A stretch of 53,186 bases of DNA from a virus (taxonomy: Duplodnaviria > Caudoviricetes): the IMG/VR virus record IMGVR_UViG_3300034631_000070, positions 1 to 53,186 of that record, one strand, 5' to 3'. Position numbers and translations under genes: made by a program. The notes beneath the pieces were generated by a model. It was not told the DNA's origin. It searched no databases and worked only from the letters and a program-made list of their open reading frames with translations. Every line of letters starts with the position of its first letter. The stretch's first letter is position 1. Of the stretch, positions 48,151-53,186 are shown one piece after another.

Positions 48151-48379
48151 ACCTAAGGTGCAGCGCGTACTTGAGCAGTTTTTTGTATTCAGAAAGGGAA
48201 AAGAAATCAGCGTTTGAAGAGATTTCTAAACAGTCGCACCATCGCCAAAAAGTGGATTGGTTGACTGTCCTTTGTGATACTCCCCACCGTTTGAGTGAAA
48301 TGTCGGCAATCACTTTCTTCTTGGGGACTTGTGTTTGGATACCATGCATCTTGCATTCAAATTTCCATGCACCTTGCAT
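48083..48379 (-). CDS. Possible HTH DNA-binding protein
   Basis: VNQSTFWRWC..L.I motif. Confidence 0.45.
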   Translation of the reverse strand: MQGAWKFECKMHGIQTQVPKKKVIADISLKRWGVSQRTVNQSTFWRWCDCLEISSNADFFSLSEYKKLLKYALHLRCGGNKYNFTEESYDDDCSTVSR

Positions 48380-48396
48380 AGAGGCTTGTAAACATT

Positions 48397-48421
48397 AAAA
48401 AGCCCCTCAAGTTGAGGGGCT
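48397..48421 (-). terminator. Intrinsic terminator
   Basis: AGCCCCTCAA-G-TTGAGGGGCT with U-run on minus strand. Confidence 0.7.
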
Positions 48422-48456
48422 AGGTGCAAGAGCGGTAGTATTGTCCACTTCAGCCG

Positions 48457-48678
48457 TTAGTCTTCTTCATGATCGTTCACCAGAAATGTGTTGTCATTTT
48501 TGCTGAAAACTAATTCCTGTTTAAATTCGACAACATAGACCCTTGTTAGTTCGTACTTTTCAGCTCTGTCATCAAATAGGCAGTTAACTGTTTGAACTTC
48601 TTTTCTGCCTGAGTTGCAATAGTGGATAGTCCCAGTGATAGTTCTAATTTTCATAGGTGTTAGTTCCACTTCAAGCAA
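48457..48678 (-). CDS. Hypothetical protein
   Basis: Follows HTH gene. Confidence 0.5.
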   Translation of the reverse strand: MLEVELTPMKIRTITGTIHYCNSGRKEVQTVNCLFDDRAEKYELTRVYVVEFKQELVFSKNDNTFLVNDHEED

Positions 48679-48892
48679 CTTGGCTTTCTGTCTCTGCTTT
48701 TTTTTCGCGCTCCCACTTTTCGTCCAGGAGCTGGCAGGTACGCTGTACCAGATCGGATGGATGCCTAAATTTCTTAGCTGTAGAGCGGAAGCCCCAAGCT
48801 CTCACCGTTGCCTCAGTGAGATGCAGTTCATTTGCTAGCTGAGTATATGACAAGTTCCACTTTCTTAAGAGAGCGATCGGGTGCATAATCAA
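48671..48892 (-). CDS. Cro/XRE-like HTH protein
   Basis: LSYTQLANELHLTEATVRAW. Confidence 0.75.
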   Translation of the reverse strand: MIMHPIALLRKWNLSYTQLANELHLTEATVRAWGFRSTAKKFRHPSDLVQRTCQLLDEKWEREKKAETESQVA

Positions 48893-48970
48893 ATTGCCTC
48901 CTTTGGGGGTAAGCGATCGCTTGCGATATCTGGTGGATGGAGCGGCGATCGCTTTTGCTTGTAGTTTACT

Positions 48971-49016
48971 CCCAAATGGGAAAATGGGAAAATTACCACT
49001 AGAGGAATTTTCCCAT
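48971..49016. promoter_or_regulatory. Putative operator of a second divergent switch
   Basis: Tandem ATGGGAAA plus inverted pair ATGGGAAAATT (48984) / AATTTTCCCAT (49006). Confidence 0.6.
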
Positions 49017-49034
49017 CAATGCCAAAATTAGGGC

Positions 49035-49340
49035 ATGGAAGATACTGAAGAAATCAAACTAAAGATAAACCCTGCTCTAAAACAACGTTTTCAAATTAAG
49101 TGTGCAGAACGGCGCACTAAGATGAGTCCAGTCTTGCGAGACTTCATTCAGTCTTGGTGCGAGGCTGATTCTAACGAAAGTACCTCATCCAATCTGGCGG
49201 CTGAATTCCTCAAAAAAGTAGCAGCGGGAGAAACTCCAGATAATCGCGAATTTGTAGCCTTAGCCGCTGAGTTGGGTATAAGTACAAGAGAGCTAATGAA
49301 AATAAAGAAATCCGAAAACGGAGTGAAAAATGGGATCTAA
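49035..49340 (+). CDS. ParG/Arc-like RHH regulator
   Basis: IKLKINPALKQRFQIKC.....MS.VLRDFI..W. Confidence 0.75.
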   Translation: MEDTEEIKLKINPALKQRFQIKCAERRTKMSPVLRDFIQSWCEADSNESTSSNLAAEFLKKVAAGETPDNREFVALAAELGISTRELMKIKKSENGVKNGI

Positions 49341-49995
49341 TCTTCTTTGGCAGACAATTCGCCATACAGACTGGAAAGTCTCCGTCGATTTTCAGTCCCG
49401 GACTCTCAAGATATCTAACCTCAAAAATCCTAAAGAGCATCAACAGCTTTTAGATAAGCACCTTGAGGAAATTGCCTTGTGGGCTTATCGAGTAGGTTGC
49501 CAGCAAGCGTTGATAGGGAATTATCTAGAGATTCCGGTAGAGATGGTTACTACGTCAACCAATGAGGCTGAAGGTGATCGCGTCATCGTTCAACCGGAAC
49601 GCACTTTGATATCTTCCCCCAGGTCTCGCACAGAAGAATTAGAGATTGAGGCAAAGTCCGCTCCCAATCCCGTAGGTTTTGCAAGCCTACGGAATGGCAA
49701 GATCCTCTACATGAATCCCAAAATGCCTTCCTTCACAGGTTTGCCCTTTGATGAGATCGCACCGCCCGATATTAGAGAGCAGTTCCAGTCACGCTCAGGC
49801 TTGCAGCCCGACGACCTGGACGCCTTCAACTCGCGACTAGAACAAGACGGCGTAATCAACGGCTTCCTAACCGCCTTCCGCACCAACGGCGACTTCGGGC
49901 GATTCTGGGGAAAGTTCAGCAAAGAAATTTACAACGGCGTCCCCATCAGAAGATCCGAGTATCACCACTTCGAGCTACTCCAAGCCTGCTGCTAA
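49330..49995 (+). CDS. Hypothetical protein with C-terminal PAS-like domain
   Basis: PNPVGFASLRNGKILYMNP....FTGL...EI...DI. Confidence 0.6.
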   Translation: MGSNLLWQTIRHTDWKVSVDFQSRTLKISNLKNPKEHQQLLDKHLEEIALWAYRVGCQQALIGNYLEIPVEMVTTSTNEAEGDRVIVQPERTLISSPRSRTEELEIEAKSAPNPVGFASLRNGKILYMNPKMPSFTGLPFDEIAPPDIREQFQSRSGLQPDDLDAFNSRLEQDGVINGFLTAFRTNGDFGRFWGKFSKEIYNGVPIRRSEYHHFELLQACC

Positions 49996-50021
49996 CGAAA
50001 CAAATAAGCCTGAATATCACT

Positions 50022-50058
50022 AGAAGGTCTAGGTAGCGTTAAACTACCCAGACCTTTT
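50022..50058 (+). terminator. Intrinsic terminator
   Basis: AAGGTCTAGGTAG/CTACCCAGACCTT followed by T-run. Confidence 0.65.
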
Positions 50059-50063
50059 TAGCA

Positions 50064-50333
50064 ATGTTAAACCCAAGCAAATCGTCCATACTGACCGACC
50101 ACCTTGCAAATTGGATCGCAGCGATCGCGACAGCGGCAACCTTAACGACACTCGCGACAGTCAGCAACACAAACAATCAAGTAGCCCGGTTAGAAGAACA
50201 GAATAAAGCTATCAAAGAGCAGCTCAATAAAATCGAAGTCGCAGTGGAGCGACAATCTGCTACGCAAACTTCGAGCGCACAACTAATAAGTCAACTACAA
50301 ATAAAAGTCGAGTCACTAGAAAATAGAAGGTAG
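50064..50333 (+). CDS. Small TM + coiled-coil protein
   Basis: Hydrophobic N-terminus, ARLEEQ..I..QL..IE coiled coil. Confidence 0.6.
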   Translation: MLNPSKSSILTDHLANWIAAIATAATLTTLATVSNTNNQVARLEEQNKAIKEQLNKIEVAVERQSATQTSSAQLISQLQIKVESLENRR

Positions 50334-50367
50334 CTTATTGCAAAATATACTCAGTAAGAATAGGCTG

Positions 50368-50518
50368 ATTAATCAATCTATTTGTCATAGTCGCGACAAC
50401 ATTAATCAATCTATTTGTCATAGTCCAAAAGCGGTAATCCCTTGAAAGGACGCTATACCAACACTTCCCGCTAAGTTCCAAGAAGTCTCGAATTAATCAA
50501 TGTAAGTGTCGCCCTACA
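50368..50518. repeat. Prophage terminus with three putative transposase-binding repeats
   Basis: ATTAATCAATCTATTTGTCATAGTC at 50368 and 50401; variant ATTAATCAATGTAAGTGTC at 50492; terminal CA. Confidence 0.85.
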
Positions 50519-51734
50519 TATGATGCAGCAAATCTCCCTGAGGAAGTTGAGGAACACCAGCTGTAGCAATGGGGTTTTGCCAGGGACGGTTATTTGCCTC
50601 ATACTGGCACTGGTTTCTCAGCGCCACTCCCATCATGTCTAGTGCCTCACTGTAGTAGCGATAGGCAAAGCCCGGATCAAATACAGCGCGGATTTGTACA
50701 CCCTGTTGAGCGGACACTTCCAAAAGGTTCACGAGCGGCTGCTCAGAAAAGACAAACAACGCCAAGTCAACGCTTTGAGTAGCTGTACTCAACGTTTTGC
50801 CAATTAGACCGTTACTGCTCTGACTCCAGAGTAGGGTAGCAGAGGCAGGAGAAAATTGTGCGGTAACAGTGACATCACCGAGGGTAACTGGCTGTAGCGC
50901 TCGCATCGGCTTTTTGACACCAAATCGACTATCAGGCTGCCCTGCGAGTCCATCGCCCCACATAAGATTGAATTCTTCGGTAAACTGAACGGCGAGTTCT
51001 GGACTGCTAATTTTCAAAAGATTGTTGGCATTGCCTCGGCTTTCCGCCACACTGAGATCGCCGTGGATGTCGCTACTTGTAAAGTTTGCACTGGTAACAA
51101 TCAGCCGACTGTTATCAACAATGACAAACTTGTGATGCATTAATCCAGTGCCTTTAGAGCCGTCTGCCGTATCGTCAATAACAGGAATACCAGAATTACG
51201 GAGCACAACCAAAGCATCTTTGGTGTTGATTTCCTCCGGACTCAGTTGACCATCGTCATTGCTGTCTACTAACTTGCGAAACTCGTTGTAACGCGATCGC
51301 TCCCTTTCCGGCAATTTTTCTACTTCAGCAGCGGTGTATTCACTCCAGGGACGACTGTAGGTATTTTCGAGAATCACTCTCACCTGTATCCCAGCTTGAT
51401 GACGCTCTACTAACGCCTGAGCAATTTTGGGCAGACGTAACTCCTGCACCGCAACATCTACAGTGGACTCAGCCGAGGCGATCGCTTCTACAATGAGCGC
51501 CTCCAAATCATCCCCTGAACGCTTGAGTTGTCGATAAGAATCTGTATACTCCGCTGATTCTGCCTGATTAAAGTAAACCTGTACAAACGTATCTTGAGGC
51601 AGAGGAGCCGGACGCTGTAGTTGGGAGCGGGCTTGTTGACACCCTGAAAGCAGTAGTGTTAGCAGCAAGGCGCTGCAAACAGACAACCGAGTTGGAGAAC
51701 GTTGAGACACAAGCGTTGTTTGATAGTGAACCAA
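50519..51734 (-). pseudogene. comA: 5' part of host PLD-family (HKD) nuclease gene, ComA/ComEA-like competence protein, interrupted by the prophage
   Basis: Lipoprotein-like signal LLSGC; first motif MHHKFVIVD..TSANFT; reading frame breaks at GDLLHH, the start of the second HKD motif. Confidence 0.75.
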
Positions 51735-52016
51735 GGAATGAATAATGAAGATTATTCCTCAATCATTATTCCCATTTGCCTTAACATAAACACCAAGTCT
51801 ACGAGTCTGGTTTATCTGTTGCGGCAGACTCCTAGCACCACAAGCCGTCATCTCCCATGAGGTTTATAACATTAGTAAACCGGGTATTTAGATGAAGTAT
51901 GAAGGAGGTTATTGGTTCTCCCTATCCCCTGATCTCACGACTGAGAACTCACAACAACAGACAACGGACAAGCCAGCGCTATATCCTAAAAGAGATAGCC
52001 CGTTGCGAAATTTAAG

Positions 52017-53186
52017 ATGCAAATTTATCTGGATTATAGTGCCACAACACCAACGCGCCCAGAAGCGATCGCTGCGATGCAAAAAGTTCTCACACAACAG
52101 TGGGGTAATCCCTCTAGCCTGCATGAGTGGGGACAACAGTCAGCGACGTTAATTGAACAAGCGAGAATGCAGGTAGCAGGACTAATTAATGCCGCTACCT
52201 CCGAATCAGTGATCTTTACCTCCGGTGGCACTGAGGCGGATAATTTCGCCATCATGGGTGTGGCACGTTCCTACCAGAAACCCCAGCATTTAATTATTTC
52301 CAGCGTTGAACATTCTGCGATCGCCGAACCAGCTAACTTATTAGAGCAACAAGGGTGGGAAGTGACGCGGCTACCAGTAGATAGCCAGGGACGAGTCAAC
52401 CCAGAGGATTTAAAAAACGCCCTGCAAGCCAATACCGTTTTAGTCTCAGTCATTTACGGTCAAAGCGAAGTCGGCACCTTACAACCGATTGTAGAACTGG
52501 GAGAAATTGCCCGCGATCGCGGCGTTTTGTTTCATACCGATGCCGTCCAAGTTGCCGGACGTCTGCCGATTGACATGCAACAGCTCCCCATCGATTTGCT
52601 TTCGCTTTCCAGCCATAAAATTTACGGCCCTCAAGGAGCAGGAGCGCTTTATATCCGTCCCGGCGTGAAATTAGTTCCCCTCTTATTAGGTGGGGGACAA
52701 GAGATGAAACTGCGTTCCGGCACCCAAGCTGTGCCAATGATTGTCGGTTTCGGCGTGGCGGCGGAACTTGCCGCCGATGAACTAGCCAAAGAGACACCTC
52801 GACTAATCGAGTTACGCAACAAACTCTTCGAGGAATTGGCAGATACACCCAATCTAAAACCCACAGGTTCTCGGTTGCACCGCTTACCTCATCACGTTAG
52901 TTTCTGTATAACCAACACAGACAACACAAGCATCACAGGTAAAACCCTGGTGCGGCAACTTAACCTAGCTGGCATTGGGATCAGCGCGGGTTCCGCTTGT
53001 CATAGCGGGAAACTCAGCCCTAGCCCCATCATGCTTGCCATGGGCTACAGTGACGTAGAAGCCCTAGGAGGAATTCGCCTAACCCTAGGACGTGAGACTA
53101 CAGAAGCCGATGTAGAGTGGACAGCAATGGTTCTCAAGCAAATCCTCAAGCGACTGATACCCAAAGCCGCCTTATCGACTGTCTAA
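52017..53186 (+). CDS. iscS: Cysteine desulfurase (IscS/NifS family)
   Basis: IYLDYSATT, FTSGGTE, HTDAVQ, SSHKIYGPQG, SAGSAC. Confidence 0.93.
   Translation: MQIYLDYSATTPTRPEAIAAMQKVLTQQWGNPSSLHEWGQQSATLIEQARMQVAGLINAATSESVIFTSGGTEADNFAIMGVARSYQKPQHLIISSVEHSAIAEPANLLEQQGWEVTRLPVDSQGRVNPEDLKNALQANTVLVSVIYGQSEVGTLQPIVELGEIARDRGVLFHTDAVQVAGRLPIDMQQLPIDLLSLSSHKIYGPQGAGALYIRPGVKLVPLLLGGGQEMKLRSGTQAVPMIVGFGVAAELAADELAKETPRLIELRNKLFEELADTPNLKPTGSRLHRLPHHVSFCITNTDNTSITGKTLVRQLNLAGIGISAGSACHSGKLSPSPIMLAMGYSDVEALGGIRLTLGRETTEADVEWTAMVLKQILKRLIPKAALSTV

Larger units (their letters stand above)
1..50518 (-). mobile_element. Mu-like transposable prophage with siphovirus-type tail; left end lies outside the window
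   Basis: DDE transposase + AAA partner, GemA, Mor, gp27/gp28, head and tail genes co-oriented; terminal CA at 50517-50518 abuts a truncated host gene; subterminal repeats. Confidence 0.95.

Noticed and set aside
41815-48379. Canonical type IV secretion/ICE
   Set aside because: Only one ATPase; no recognisable relaxase, VirB4, VirB6/8 or integrase
50514-50518. Natural C-terminus HHM-stop of the PLD gene
   Set aside because: The TG and stop come from the phage end; the second HKD motif is cut
51892-52152. 86-aa ORF upstream of the cysteine desulfurase
   Set aside because: Overlaps the desulfurase start in another frame and has no recognisable features

Overview
Bases 1 to ~50518 are most of a large Mu-like (transposable) prophage in a cyanobacterium; GCGATCGC HIP1 octamers occur throughout. 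Its right terminus (..CCCTACA at 50518, with three ATTAATCAAT-type subterminal repeats) interrupts a host double-HKD phospholipase-D-family gene resembling cyanobacterial competence ComA/ComEA, which lies next to a cysteine desulfurase gene. The other terminus is left of the window. Read leftward on the minus strand, the phage encodes MuA/MuB, semi-essential genes, GemA, a Mor/C activator, Mu-type gp27/gp28 terminase, a non-Mu-type portal, a 1645-aa MuF protein carrying a lipase-like domain, capsid genes and a non-contractile tail (frameshifted G/GT chaperone, 1585-aa tape measure, fibre). About 12.7 kb between the repressor and the right end hold a lysis cassette, two regulator + PAS-like protein pairs, a nested heptamer repeat array, and a coupled operon of membrane proteins, an FtsK/TraB-like ATPase, an M23 peptidase and a lytic transglycosylase. 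That operon looks like a cell-to-cell DNA transfer module inside a transposable phage and is the best candidate for an undescribed system. All family calls come from reading motifs and synteny by eye; no database search was run.
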